Shown here one piece after another: positions 13,501 through 26,992 of a DNA stretch of 64,000 bases. This DNA comes from Leptogorgia sarmentosa (taxonomy: Eukaryota): positions 6,510,001-6,574,000 of the forward strand of contig OZ210885.1 in NCBI GenBank assembly GCA_964658305.1. The letters are read 5' to 3'. Every line of letters starts with the position of its first letter. Position 1 is the first letter of the stretch. A program made the position numbers and the translations under genes. Below the pieces are notes generated by a model. That model made no database searches. It was not told the origin of the DNA and saw nothing but the letters and a program-made list of their open reading frames with translations.

Positions 13501-13824
13501 ATGGAAAGCATTTATCCAGACAGCAAGTACCATTGAGGTTGAGATATGCCATGACCATCCACAAGTCACAGGGGCAGACATTAACAAAAGCTGTTGTCGA
13601 TTTGGGCAAAGAAGAAAAAGTTGCAGGATGTACCTTCGTAGCTACGTCCCGGGTAAGATCGATTCATGATATTGTGTTTGAACCAATGACATTTGATCGT
13701 TTAAAGGCAATAGGCAAGAGCAAAGGTATGAAACAAAGATTGGAAGCTGAAGAGTGTCTAAAAGTGTTGGCTGAAAAAACTGTGGAGAGACTTAGTGAAC
13801 GATAAGTGCATGATTATTATATCA

Positions 13825-14030
13825 GCACAGCTATATTGTGCTTCTGAGGTGATTTAGAACACTCACTCAGCACAGATATTGTCATATTGTGCTTCTGAGG
13901 TGATTTAGAACACTCACTCAGCTATTATGCATCTGAGGTGATTTAGAACGCTCACTCAGCACAGATATTGTGCTTCTGAGGTGATTTAGAACACTCAGCA
14001 CAACTATTGTGCTTCTGAGGCGATTTTTTC
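13825..14030. repeat. ~40-bp minisatellite downstream of the Helitron helicase
   Basis: About 5 copies of TATTGTGCTTCTGAGGTGATTTAGAACACTCA. Confidence 0.85.
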
Positions 14031-14523
14031 TGCCTGTTACCTAGCACAATTTTGGAAGTTCTGCCTCCTTAATTGTGTTTTTGAGGAAGGCAAAGATTGG
14101 TCAAAAGGTGCCTGACACCCCCGCATAACCTTTATTGTGTTTCGGGGAGGCTGTTGACATACAGGGACCGCAGAGACATTTTGTTCAGTTAATCTCAGTT
14201 TTCTATGTTCGGTTGATTTAAAGCAAGTATTTTAATGGTTAAATATGCCCCGCCACAAGCTATTCGACTAAAAGACCAAAAGCGTCATATAAAACCCTCC
14301 CGCTTTTGAGAACGCTCCCCAAACAAAATTCGCTCCGTGGTCTCTGACATATTTAGTGAGTAGTGTTGACAATAGAGTATTTCAAAAACAGAAAAAAATA
14401 ACATGTCTTATACTTGTTAAAGAATTAATAAAATTAAAATTATTAAATAGTATTTATCATTCCAATAGATGCAGTAAGTTACTGAAGGGTAAGTTGTTTT
14501 TTTGTCAGGACCATTTTATTGTC

Positions 14524-14572
14524 GTCGCATTACTTGACCCAATGTGAGTAACATTGGGTCAAATAATGCGAC
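14524..14572. repeat. 22-bp-arm palindrome
   Basis: GTCGCATTACTTGACCCAATGT-gagta-ACATTGGGTCAAATAATGCGAC, one mismatch. Confidence 0.8.
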
Positions 14573-14729
14573 AATACGACTAACAGTATTGCAGTTTCTC
14601 ACTTACAGAATTGTTCAATTCACGACGTGAAAGTGGCGTTTTAAAACGAAATTTTATATAGCTCAGTGGAAATGTCCCGTTTGCTCCAACAACTACACGC
14701 GAGACCCCACGCAAAATTAAAACATCCGA

Positions 14730-17218
14730 ATGGCGGGAAAAAATTCTGAATTCAATTCAGACGGGCTGAAGAAGTAAGTTCAAGTATTTGTATAATTAAA
14801 TTATGGTTATTTTTTAACTGATTTTTAAACTTAATCTTCCAAATTATTATTTCACTGTAAATTTGAAGCAAATTGCCTAAACAAACTTTGAATTTTGGTT
14901 CAAATTTTCTTTGTTTTACTCAGTTTTTTTTTAATTATTTAAGCTTTTAGTTTTGCGTCCTTTGAGCTCGAAAACAATCTTTACAGCTAGCTTTTTCACA
15001 TGGTCTATTAACAATTTGTTTAAAAGTTTGTTTTATGTATTTTTCGATATAGAAACATAGAAACGAATATTGAAGGTATGAATTGTTTATGAAAACCTGC
15101 TTAAATTCGAGTACAACCCGTTTTGATAGTTTTATGTCTATTGTTTTATGTCCTATCTAGACGAGTGACTCTTGGGGAAGAAAGTAAGTTGAGAATTAAA
15201 ATACTACTAAAAGAATAAAACGTTGACGTTCTCCTGTTTTATCGTAAAGCACTAATAGTAAAAAAACTAATACTATTTTGTTTTCGTTGTATATATAGCG
15301 GCAGATATAAAGAATGATGATGTACAATCAACAAAACTGAGGCACTACCTAAATACTACATTAATACACAAATGCAGTTCGCAAACAAGCATTAAATTTA
15401 ATGTTATGAAAAGATAGTCTACCAGGTACATTTTTATAAACATGCTGACATATAACTTTTTTATGTTCATGTAGATATTCATGCACAGGGTGGAAATGGT
15501 ATACATTCAATTTACTATTGTTAGCAATTGACAGCTAGATTATGTACTGTAAATGTAATATTTTAGTAGTCTGCAAAAAAGTTTTTAAAAAGAAACAGGG
15601 TTGATGATAATAATTTCTCTATTAGCCTTTGAATTCTATTTCAGGAGAGAATGTTGGGGAGCAGGAACCACCTCCAGTACAAGGCATTGAAATTTATACC
15701 CATATTTACATAAATGTATGTCAAAAGTTCAAATACCCAGATTTTATAGCATTAAATGTGCATATAATAGTGTTTGGTGGTCTCCATGGAAGTTCTAGAA
15801 AAGATAAATGTTAACGGTTTTTCATTATTGGCAGATAATAAAATGGATGAGGATGAAGATCCCCCACTGGGTAGGGTTTATAATAATATCTTGTGTTTTA
15901 ATGATAAACCCAAATCTTTTACTCTCTTCATAACAACACTTACATTTTCTAGATGATGAGTCTGAAAATAGTTTGGATGGTATGTCTTTATGTGCACAAA
16001 AATCCGGAAATACATCTGCATAGTATCTCTACAGATATTAAGAAAAGTTTATTTTTACATGATATAACTCAATCACCATAATAAGATAATGCATCCTTTT
16101 AAAACAAACCATTAAATTCTTCTTCAGGGAGAAATCGTAGAGGTCCTGAGAGACGTGGAAGAGGTATCTATATATTAAAGCATAACTGTTATTAGAATTG
16201 CATTCATATGTATATTAATGTACCCAAATCTTATAGCATATCATAGTTTTGAAAGTCTTCAAGAAGGTTGTAAAAAAGATCAATGTTAATAATTTCTCAT
16301 TATTGCCAGATGAGGATTATGAGGAAGATGACAGGTATGATGAGAATGGACCAGGGAATAGTGAGTTTTAGAATGAATTAATTTGTATATTTTTTACTGG
16401 ATCCCTCCATATACATAGTATCACTAAATTATTAAAAAAGTATATTTCACATAATGTAGCTTTCACATAATGTTGCTCAACATAATGATAATTATTTCTA
16501 TTGGGCCTTGAAAAATTAATGCAACAAAGGTGTATTCTTTTAAACTAACCTTAAATTCTATTTCAGGAAGAAGGCAAGATTGGAGAGGCCCCCAGAGAGG
16601 CCGAGGTATTGTATCTTAATTGTTAAAAAGGACCTTCATTAGTTAATAGACCCATATATACATGTAGGTGTAGCCCATTAGGAGGGATTTTTGATGCAAT
16701 AATGTTACTTTTCCAATTGTAATTTTATACTTGTAAACATACAAGTAATGCAAAAGTTCATGTGCCTAAATTTAGTCAGTTTGGCACATAGTTGTCTTGT
16801 AACTACAAAAATCTGCATCGTACCAGGTATTTACTTTACTGTTGAAAACATCATCTGTTCTAGCCCTAGGGGCCACAGTTCATATTATTAAGCTACCCGT
16901 TTTGCAGGCTTTATTCAGTTCAGGCAGGTCATTGGCTGGTGTAAGTGGCGTGATTCTCGGACAGTTACGTTCTAGCGCCTTTGTTTTTGTGATTTTGGAT
17001 TGTATAGTTGTTTTTTACAAGGCATTCTCCTTTACCAATTTGAAGCTTGAGCTTATAAATAAATTCTTTTAAACTGAGCTAGTAGTGGTTAACTGCTGGA
17101 GAAGGGTTCTCTACGGAACCCGAAGGACCAGAACATCATCCAATATTATCTATTTTGGATTCAGGAGGATGTTACAAATGTGGCTTGCGTGGCCACTATG
17201 CAAGATCTTGTAGATCAA
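14730..17218 (+). CDS. Predicted micro-exon gene: acidic and RG-rich low-complexity protein with a CCHC zinc knuckle
   Basis: Phase-1 symmetric exons 15475-15498, 15645-15683 (GC donor), 15835-15870, 15953-15979, 16128-16163, 16310-16360, 16567-16605 and 17165-17218. The last encodes CYKCGLRGHYARSC. Candidate first exon 14730-14773; the 5' exon chain is uncertain. Confidence 0.55.
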
Positions 17219-17865
17219 GTACGTACAATGCCATATTGATATCATAAGTTCAATGCTCTCTAAAATATAAATTTGAAAAGATGTTGCAATTTCTTAGTTG
17301 TACTTGTATGTCTTATCATGTATTGTTTTTGACATTTACGATTTTGCCCCTGCCCTCCCGAGCAGTCATGCATAGGGTTTATTCCCTGCATGGTATATCA
17401 CAGTATATAGAGTCTCGACTAATTGAATTTTCTTAAATGTGATTACAGATGTCATTTGTTGGATATGCCACGAAAGGGGGCATAACATGATTAAATGCCC
17501 TCTTCGTGGCAAAGGTGGCAGCACCACCAAAATTCATAATTACAACAATTGCACATTTAGCAATGTTAGTCAATAAATTCCTAAATGTGCAATTGTTAAT
17601 TTTCACTGACCAATTGTTATATATATTATTAATAAACTTGTTAAAACATATTAACCTCTGACTATTGTAATTTTCCTGTGCATAAAGCCAACACATTTAT
17701 TTAACCTAACCATAACAGTCCATGTATAAGCCCATCCAAGACCACAACATATATTCGTATTCTTTGAGGCTTATTGTTGGGCCTATGACGATACAATCCC
17801 ACCAAAATCTTAAATTTATCCTCGGCCCTGTATCAAAGCCATATTTGTGATTGGGCATGACAGGC

Positions 17866-18160
17866 TATGGTAGGCGAAATGGTGCAATATTCAAGAAACT
17901 CATTCGCATTCACTAAATTAAATATTCACATTGAACACATCGCATTTTAATTCAAAAATGAGAGTATTTATATTCAACAAAACGCCTTCTTATTCAACAA
18001 AACATTCACATTCAACAAAATCTTATTCACATTCAACAAAATACATAGTATTCATATTCAACAAAACACTATTCACATTCAACAAAATAAATAGTATTCA
18101 TATTCAACAAAACACTATTCACATTCAACAAAATAGAAATATAATTCACATTCAACAAAT
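17866..18160 (+). repeat. Probable DNA-transposon end (TATGG start) with ATTCACATTCAACAAAA subterminal tandem repeats (IS3EU-like)
   Basis: About 9 degenerate 17-26-bp copies. TAY-type terminus at 17866 lies just upstream of the HECT gene. The family assignment is inference. Confidence 0.5.
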
Positions 18161-20124
18161 TAAAATTGTTGTCAACAAATCCCGGAAGCCTTTGTGCGTT
18201 TGTTACCCACTGTCAAATGGCGGATTCCCTTCGCGAAGAAATACGAGCATGTGTCCGAGAAGAACTGCAAAAGATTGATCAAACAAGCAACCAAAGTCTG
18301 GTGCAAAGAACACGCAGTCTAATTGAGGCATCCGCGACATCAGCATCTCAAAATTTAGCCAGAAATGAGTCACTGCGTAATATAAACCCAAGTAGTAGTA
18401 ATAGTCCATTGGCGTTGACGCCACGTTTGTCCAGCAACAAGCGACCAGCAACCTGGACATCCTTTACGATTTACCGGGAAGAAATCTAAGCAGAAAACGA
18501 GCAATGCTGCTACGCCGCAAATAGTTCCAAAGACTGTTTATCTTATTGAAAACGTGGCTTATCAGAATAAATCCGACTATAGTTTGACAGAATATATGAT
18601 CCTTGTCAAAGGCGAGTGTGATCTTAAATCAACATATTCGGAAGACGAAATTCGTTCAGAACTTACCAGTCTGTTTAAAGTAAAACTGCCTCTCATTACT
18701 AAAAAAGATTTCGATTTCGTTAGACGTGACAGTATCACTACTCCTATTGTCAAAGCTGAACATCAGTGGGATTTTAAATACGTTAAACAGTTGTGTGGAC
18801 AAGGGAAACTTTACGTTAGACTAAATGTTATTAAAGATATCCTCGTTGACGATGAAACAGCTGAAGATTCTGATGAAATAATTGAAATTGAAGGTATACA
18901 TGATGAGGTGGCTGCAAATGTTGATGTTGAAAATGTCAACATTTCATTAACTGTGGTTCACATTGATAACAATACGCCTTCGACTTCGGCTGGCCACTCA
19001 TTTTTTGATGAAAGTCTAGCTAATCTGAGAATGGTTTTCGCAGAAGAAGACGAAGATGTAGTTCGAGAGACTCTAATTCGGTATGAAGATCCAGACATTG
19101 CAGCGCACGCTTTGAGTGATGAGTCAACACAAGCACAAGATGAGCCAGTTTCAGAAGTGCTTAAACGGCTAAGAAAACAAATGGGAAGTATAGGGAGTGC
19201 AGAGAAGTTAAAAGTTGATGAAGAGGATTTAGCAGTCGACTTTTTCCAGTATTATAAAAGCAGTTCTTTTGACCCAAAGATACCAGTGAAGATCCAGCTA
19301 AGAGGTCAGCCAGCTATTGACTCTGGAGGTGTACTGAGACAGGCATTCAGTACTGCTTTTACACTGCTTTCAGAAAATGATTTCCTTGGATTGCGATTAT
19401 TCACTGGTCCATCCTGTCGGTTGACACCAGTATACAGTAGCGAGTGTATATTAACTGGTGTCTTTGAAATCATTAGAAGAATGATCAGTCACAGCATGGT
19501 GCAGAATGGTCCTGGGTTTCCTTACTTTGCACCAGCAGTCTATTTATATATTGCCACAGGAAATCTAGAAGAAGCTGTTACCAAAGTGTCTGTTGTTGAT
19601 ATTGCAGATCTTGATCTTGTTGAATTTGTTGCAAAGGTTATATTACATTTTTTCCTAATCTTTTCAAGTTATGAGCTGTTAAAAATGTGCATTCATCATA
19701 ATCCATAGTCTTTCTAGAGGGATTTTAGCCTTATATGTAGTTATGAATGAACCTAAAATTTTGCATTTGAAATTTAGTGAGCCATAATGAGTTTAACAAA
19801 AACACCAAAGAATAATTAAGACTGTTTTGTAAAATATTTCTTGGAACAACTTTCAACTGTGAATTTGTCTGGTATATATTTTTGCACCGAAAAACAGTTT
19901 TATGCAGTTTTTTAGGCCATTTAACAAATTTCTAGTGGCAAAATTTGATGTTTGTCAATTACAGTTCACCTTTCGTTGCAAATTATGCAAATTATTTATC
20001 TGCTTTATCCTCTCACAATACTTGCAAATAACAGAGTAAATAATTATAAGAATATATTTTCCTATTTTAGATTAGAGATGCCCCATCTACAATGCTAAAT
20101 GAAGTCATTACAGATATTGCTAAT

Positions 20125-23100
20125 CAGGGCCGTCGCGACTGGGGGGGGGTGTGGGGGGTGTGACACCCCCCTGAAAAAACGTTTTCGGCAAATGAAAAAC
20201 AATAGGTACTCGAGGAGTGCGTAAGGATTTGCGATTTTGTTAACAATTATGTTGTCACTGCTTGAAGAGAAAAGAAAAACTCAATTTGTAGAAATATTGA
20301 AGATATTTTAGAGTTTTTTTAAAGCAACGTTTGGATCAAAACAACAAACGCACAACAAACTTGTTTTTTATGTTTCTACATTCCGCAACAAGCAATTACA
20401 TGTCCAATGAATACGAATGAAAAATGGAACAATACAGTTCTTAAATTGGAAACACCGCTTTGTTTTTATTTTATGACTCCGCGCTTTGAGTTGAACGAAT
20501 TCGTCTTTCAGTACCTTCCATTTGTATTACTACCACAAGGCAGCCATATATTTCTTCGTTTAACCCAAAGTAAGTGGTACAATGCTTAGTCGTTGGTGTA
20601 TTCTACGAAAATGAGCGGTGTTTTTCCCCGAAAGTTTGCGAATATAAACGAAGAACTATCTATAAACTTACAAAAACCGACGTGTTACTCAGTATTTATC
20701 TTAATAACAAACCCTAATGACATAAGGATTGTGTTTGCTTACGCAAGCAAATTCTTAATAATAGGAGGCTATATATAAAACATCAAGTTAAAGCGAAATA
20801 TTGCTTATTCTAAAAAGAATTGATATCATACAGTTTTAAATTCCCAATTTAGAAGCAGCAATGCAGCATCATAAATTTTACTGCTTACATAAAGTAACCC
20901 TCTTTACCGCTGACCGACCTGTTTTAAATAATGTGATAATTGTGTAAAAATTATCACAATTTTGTAATTTGCATTCACTGATTTGCATTAGTCAATCACG
21001 CGTGAATCTTTTTTGATTTTTGAAAGCAGTATAAAAGTGTAAAAACAGTAAAATGAGTGGCATTTCAGCTTCAAGAAAAAGGCATAAAATTAAATGTTTA
21101 TTGTGTCAAAGAACGTTCGACGACGACTACAGAGTGGAACACAATAAAAAATACCATCCACTGTACAAAAAGGAAAATAAACACGTCCCGTACGAGGTAT
21201 TTGGGGCGGCAAAAAACCCATTTGAAGCAGCTAAAAGGAAGCAAAGCCTGCAGGTATATATATAGATATAGTACTTGTTTTTTGCCATTATATTTATTAA
21301 ATTTTTACCTAAGGCTAGGGGAGAATCATGCGATTTTTTTCACATCTTGGTTTCTATTTTTGGTCATTAATGATTTTTCTGAAGCCTGTAACGTGTACGT
21401 GATTTAAATCAGTGAAAAACAGTCTGAGGTAAGGCAACACCGAACACATATGCTCGTTCTTTTTTAATATAGAAATAATATTTATCGTATATTCTTGCGA
21501 TGTATGGATGGAATCTGTAAGAGCATGTAAAAACTCATTGGCTATTGCAATTGTTCTTATCTCTCTAAGGAGGAAGAAAGCATAGTTAACCAGCCAGTCT
21601 CAGAGACAGAGAAAGAACCAAGGCAACCAGTATCTTTGCCCTCGTTCATAGAATGTGAACAGGCATCTTCACAATTTCAAGAGACGGTTGTTTTGGAGGG
21701 AAGTTGTGACAATAAGGTAAACTGTTCCTAATGCAAAATTGGCATTTTTTTCATTTTTATTTATTTCGAGTACTTACTTTATGTCGCATTTTTTAAGAAC
21801 GAAAAATCAGAAGACACCTGGCTAACCTGTGCAGGCGCACTTGCGTATCTACTCGGCGATTTAGAGGAAGCAAATGCTTTATCGCTGGAGTGCAAAACAT
21901 CAACCTGCCTCAACATAAACGAATTCCTTTCACGAAGTGTTACTATAGCCAACAAAATCCAAGCAAATGCCACCATACTTTTAAACGTATCAGAAAATGC
22001 TTTGCAACGATACGAAGAGCAGGCTGGTGACGTGATTGAAACAGAAGAATGTACAACATTGCCAAGTAGAGATCCTGGCCAAAGATGTCATAAATTGAGT
22101 GCCAATCAGAAAAAATACCTTATTACGCAAGGCCCACAACAACCAAAACTGGCTACGTTTCCGCCCAAGCAAAACATCCCAGCTTCAAAACAAAGACAGT
22201 TTAGCGCGAGCTGGTATGAGGAATATGCGCACCTTGAATATAGCGTATCGAAAGATGCAGCGTTTTGTTTTATCTGCTCCTTGTTCCATAAAGAAGGACA
22301 GGATCCTGCTTGGTGTGAAACCGGTGTTTCAGCATGGGAGAAGATGAAAAGCAGAGGAACAGCAAAAAAAGGAAAACTTGCAGAGCATTTCAGTTCGGAA
22401 AGTCACAAAGAGGCTTTAAGCGCATATGTTAGCTTTTGTTACCCTTTAGGCCACGTAGATGTGATGCTTGACAAAGCTGTACGAAATGCCAAAATTCAAG
22501 AAGCAAAAGACAAACAGGAAAATAAGGAAGTTATCAAAATCTTGCTTGACATTGTCAGAACACTGGCCCATCAAAACATGGCATTTCGAGGTGATGGAAA
22601 GGAAGAGGATGGGAACTTTTGTCAGATCGTAAGACTGGTTTCAAGGCACTGTCCTTTGCTTCAAAGGTGGATAGAAAGCAAGCGATCACGCTCATATCAT
22701 GTCACATACATGTCGCCAGAATCACAGAATGAAATGATTCAGTTACTAGCAGAAGATGTCCGACGTCAAGTAGTGAAGGAAATAAAGGATGCGAAGATGT
22801 TTGGTGTTTCTGCAGATACTACCCCTGATCTGTCTAGAAAAGATCAGTTGGCAGTGGTGTGTAGATATGTAAACGAAGACGGTGACGCAAAAGAACGACT
22901 TCTGTGCATAAAGAGCACTACATCCAAGACAGGCGCCGGAACTGCTGATGTAATCATCACAGCATTGAACAGTCATGCGTTGAACACAAACGAGCTTTGT
23001 TTCCAGTCATATGATTTCACTGCCTCAATGTCTGGTCAATTCAATGGCGCTCAACAAAAGCTTCAGGAGAAATTGAATCAAAACATTCCATACGTTCCTT

Positions 23101-25127
23101 GTCAAGGTCACAGAACAAATACAGTTGTGGAACACAGCTGCGACGCAAGTGTTATCGTGAAAGAAATGTTCAATATCCTCGAAAGTTTATACGTATTTTT
23201 TTCGAGCAGTACTAAACGGTAGGATCCGTAACTAATAATTACTAAATTAATAAATCCTTGTCATTTTTATTTCTGTAATTTATGTTTAGTTCTGCTTGTG
23301 AATAAAACTTAATAAAATGGAAACATTTCTTAAAGTGTCTCCTAAATAATTCTACTTTTGATCTAATATTTATCCTCATCTTAGGCAAGGAGAGTTGGAA
23401 GAAAACATCAAGGGAGTGGAGAATGCCTTAAAGCTGAGAAATCTGTCAAAGACAAGGTGGACAAATCGAGCAGAATCTATACGTGCAGTTTGGACAAGCT
23501 ACAAATTGATAATAAACGCTTTATCCGCCATTCAGAATTCTGGTGACTTTGACAACACCACGAAAGTGGCAGCGAAAGGCCTTTATGATAAAATGATGTC
23601 AATAGATTTCATTTTGTCGATAATGTTTATGAAGAATCTCATGCCATGGATGATGAAATTCATGCCGGTATTGCGTATGCAGGCAAGCTAGGCGGTGATC
23701 CAGAACGACCAGAAGCAGAATTCAATCGTAAACATCGCGTGAGAAGACCACCAAGAAGGATCGATGACAACCCCGACTCGCAAGCGACGCTAACAATGAT
23801 GCAGTTTTACAGGCGTGAATTCAAATCCGTGCTCGAAACGCAAATTGTTCAGTTGGGAGAAAATTTAATTCAGTGCTTTGAGGCGGTTAAGCCACTTGCA
23901 ACTGTGTTGCAACCACCACTAAAGCATCCGGACTTTAAGGATGTCCAAGAACTTGTTAGCCTCTTTCCCTCAAACATTCCAGTGGATCCTTTTGTTTTGT
24001 ATGCAGAATTTGGCAACTTTGTAAGTCATGCTCTGACAGACGAACGTCAGACAAAAGAGAAGCTGGATACCGTCGCTAAAGTGGCCAAACTCTCTGAAGA
24101 TTTCAAATCAGCTTTCCCACTTACCAACAAAGCGTACAGACTTCTCTTGACGGCGCCTGTGACAGTGGCCAAGGATGAGCGAACATTCAGCAGGCTCAAA
24201 CTAATCAAAACATACCTAAGAACGTCAATGAAGGAACAACGATTGGAATCGCTGATGCTTATTTCTTGCGAAAAAGATATTACAAATACCATTGACATTG
24301 ATGCAATCGCAGCCAAATGGGTGGAACTTAAATCTCGAAGAATCACATTTAGATGAGCAAACTTAATTGACTTATAGTAGGTCCGGATAAATTTTACTTC
24401 AGATCTGTTCAATAGTAGGTTATCACAAATTCATAGCCGAAAATAACACTAATCACTGTGCACTAACCACCAATAAAACATTCATTGACATTGTAGTTAG
24501 AAACATTACGCGAAAAGACAAAAGAAGAACATAACTTTGTATATAGGGTGATTTTTTAAGTGCGTCTTTTCTTACAATATATTCCAAATGGCCAAACCCA
24601 ACTGTCAAATATGAAATAACAGTACTTTACCTTTAGTTAAAATACTAACATTATAACAAGTTAAATGCAATGTTATTAATTCTTCTTGACTTATAAGTCC
24701 ACCAAAACTCTCGTAATATATGTCAACGTTAAGATATGTTGTGCTGTGAAATTATAGCAGAAATTAAATGGCCTAACTACTATGCGCTCGGACCGGGCAG
24801 TCCCGGGTGCTTTCAAAGTCAATGATTCAAATGGGAAAACCCAGTTTAATTAATATATCATGCTAAACAACAAATTTAAATGTGTTAAAATATTGTTTTC
24901 TGACCGTCAGAAGTCTCCAAAATCATCCCTTCAAGTAAAAAAATGGCATTTCACAGACCGCAGATTTAAAAATTTTCTGGGGGAGCATGCCCCTAAACAC
25001 CTCGATATTCCTCACGCAAACGGCGCTTGGATCCAGCCTTCGACAGGAGAACCACACCCAAACCACATTTTGTCGGCACATTTTATACTCACACCCCCCC
25101 TGCTTAAACTTCCTCGCTACGGCCCTG
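20125..25127 (+). mobile_element. Full-length hAT transposon (Tip100/ZMYM1-like)
   Basis: TIRs CAGGGCCGTCGCGA and revcomp CAGGGCCGTAGCGA; perfect 8-bp TSD TTGCTAAT (20117-20124, 25128-25135). Confidence 0.95.
21053..24356 (+). pseudogene. hAT transposase (TTF-type zinc finger, DUF4371-like, hAT dimerisation domain), multi-exon, frameshift near 23645
   Basis: LEYSVSKDAAFCFIC, AFRGD, SADTTPD, QSYD, CQGHRTN, SKTRW, ERTFSRLKLIKTYLRTSM. Confidence 0.88.
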
Positions 25128-25739
25128 TTGCTAATGAACCGTCATTTACATACCTGATGCAGGAATGTGGTGATAGTCGCAGACTAACTGTAAGTTTTTT
25201 CTCAAAATGATCATTAAAGAGATGCATTGGAAATTTGGAAACAAATTTTCCCAGTATAGTGGGCTCAAATGTCCAGCTTATGTCTTGTAAAAGATTAAAA
25301 AGCGTTTAAGAGGTGGCTAAGATTTCAGGGTGCTAAATATTTTGTGTGCGGTATCTACAAACAAACTATTGTTACAATATCTGTGCAGAAAATTCTCGTC
25401 TACTTCAGCTTATGTATATGCCGCTGCCAGATTAACCGATCCAAAGAGTAGTGTTTGCTACAGTATCCAAAAAATCACCCCTTAAATTGAAGCTACACCG
25501 CTTCCCCGTTTTTTTGATTTTCTAAAACTGTATCACCTTCCCACTAGCCATATCTAACGTGCAGTTCCTTTTTGTTTTTAGGTCCAAAGCAGGCTCGACG
25601 TTATGCAGACGTTAATCTTGCATGCAACAATTATTAAACACAAAGCAGCTTTAGATAAACTAAGAAAGGGCCTTTCAAATCTTGGATTGCTCAATGAAAT
25701 TGAGAAAAAACCAGACAAGTTTAACTTATGACTTATGAT

Positions 25740-25845
25740 AACTTTAGTCGCGTCGAATGCAATTAAAACAATAGATAATGAGATAACTTGCCTCATTATC
25801 AGCTCATTATCCTTTGTCTGAATTGCATTCGACGCGACTAAAGTT
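25740..25845. mobile_element. Small fold-back/MITE-like element
   Basis: 25-bp perfect inverted arms AACTTTAGTCGCGTCGAATGCAATT plus imperfect inner arms. Confidence 0.6.
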
Positions 25846-26239
25846 CGACGTTTGAAACAGGCCTAATTTATAATACATATTCTATAATATTTGTATATTG
25901 TTTGTTTATTAAGAAATTAAATATTATTCAACTATTATTAAACTTTTGTGCTTTTACTGCGTAGATTGACTTGTGATTGTAGATCGATTCTGTCACTAAT
26001 TATAAGATTACTGCGATAGAAAATACTTTTGTTAAAAAAGATCGTGTTGTGAGTACTATACCTGGAATTTGTGGACGTTCAAGTTTGTAAACCATTGTAG
26101 AATCCACAGTTTATCAACAAGTATATGTCGCCCTCTAACATATAATCCTCTATCCTGACACGAGGTAACCAAGAAATTAACCCACTCACACCCGCGAATT
26201 TTAAGGGGGCAAAACAAAAATCTTATTTCGGGCTACTAA

Positions 26240-26992
26240 AGCCTGGTTCACATATGCCTGCGGTATGCCTGCGACGCACCCACAGCGCACTTTCGCAGGA
26301 GAGAAGGACACTGTAAAATTCTCTACCGCCGATAACCGCAAGTACGAGCTTCCTGTGCTTTCCGCCAAAATTTGGCGCCAATTCGTGGCAAAAATGTTAC
26401 AGCGAAATCAGAAAATAGCAGTGATACTGTCGAATTATGCCGTTCTTTAAACAGTTGTTACGAAATACATTAAAGATAAGCGAGCTAGTTCAAAGAAAAA
26501 GAAAAGAAAAAGACGATTTTGGGTACGGCCTATGTTAATGCAGCGTAAAACCCATGGTCAATTCCATCCATTCCTAACGATGTTGCCACAGCTTGCCATG
26601 CATTGGTTTTTACTTGTTGATTTTTGTATTCTGGATACGACTTATCATATATAGCCCGATAGTTATGTATTGTATCCATTATTGGTTTTTTCAAGTGATT
26701 GAGATTGTCCCTCTTCTTCGTCCGCCATGTTTGCATGAAGCATGCTGCCCGGCGGTGCATCGGAAGCGTGTTCACACATCAAAAATAATAAAAATAATGA
26801 CATAACACACCGCCGCTTAACCGGCTACCAGCCGGGAAAGTTGAACTCCAGTCAACTCTCCCGGCATACCGCCGACAACGTTTGTGACTGCCTGTAACAC
26901 CACCGACAAATCGGCGATGAGTGTTCACATATGCCTGAAGGACACCGCAGGTATAGGTCGCAGGCATACCGCAGGCATATGTGAACCAGGCT
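26240..26992. mobile_element. Internally deleted PIF/Harbinger element
   Basis: ~36-bp TIRs AGCCTGGTTCACATATGCCTGCGGTATGCCTGCGAC and a 3-bp TAA TSD. Contains a transposase N-terminus (KRKRRFWVRPM, +) fused to a MADF fragment (IYDKSYPEYKNQQVKTNAWQAVA, -). Confidence 0.9.

Larger units (their letters stand above)
5700..13805 (+). pseudogene. Helitron Rep-PIF1 helicase gene, degenerate; intron 6771-11088 contains a Merlin element
   Basis: Rep motifs FPTLFPYG, FFTFSAAD, EYQARGSIHAH (HUH), YMTKYAAK; PIF1 motifs GTAGTGKT, DEMSM, GDFGQLPPV, TIHKSQG. The GTAAG donor at 6771 and AAAG acceptor at 11088 join in frame (LIR/YVDWLVTT). Stops at ~6115 and ~6562 and a frameshift at ~12730. Confidence 0.9.
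18217..25730 (+). pseudogene. HECT-domain E3 ligase (G2E3-like) gene, disrupted by the hAT insertion
   Basis: GQPAIDSGGVLRQAF and GPGFPYFAPAVYLYIATG in 18554-19636. Exon 20071-20124 plus 25136-25189 rejoins across the hAT. The exon from 25582 reads AALDKLRKGLSNLGLL. The catalytic C-lobe is not seen. Confidence 0.75.

Noticed and set aside
13825..14030. CRISPR-like array
   Set aside because: Minisatellite with short, non-unique interruptions.
17931..18278. 115-aa ORF in the track
   Set aside because: It is a translation of the subterminal tandem repeat.
18217..19708. Orthologue of host G2E3
   Set aside because: No PHD/RING N-terminus, frameshifted, truncated and in a transposon context, so no gene symbol was assigned.
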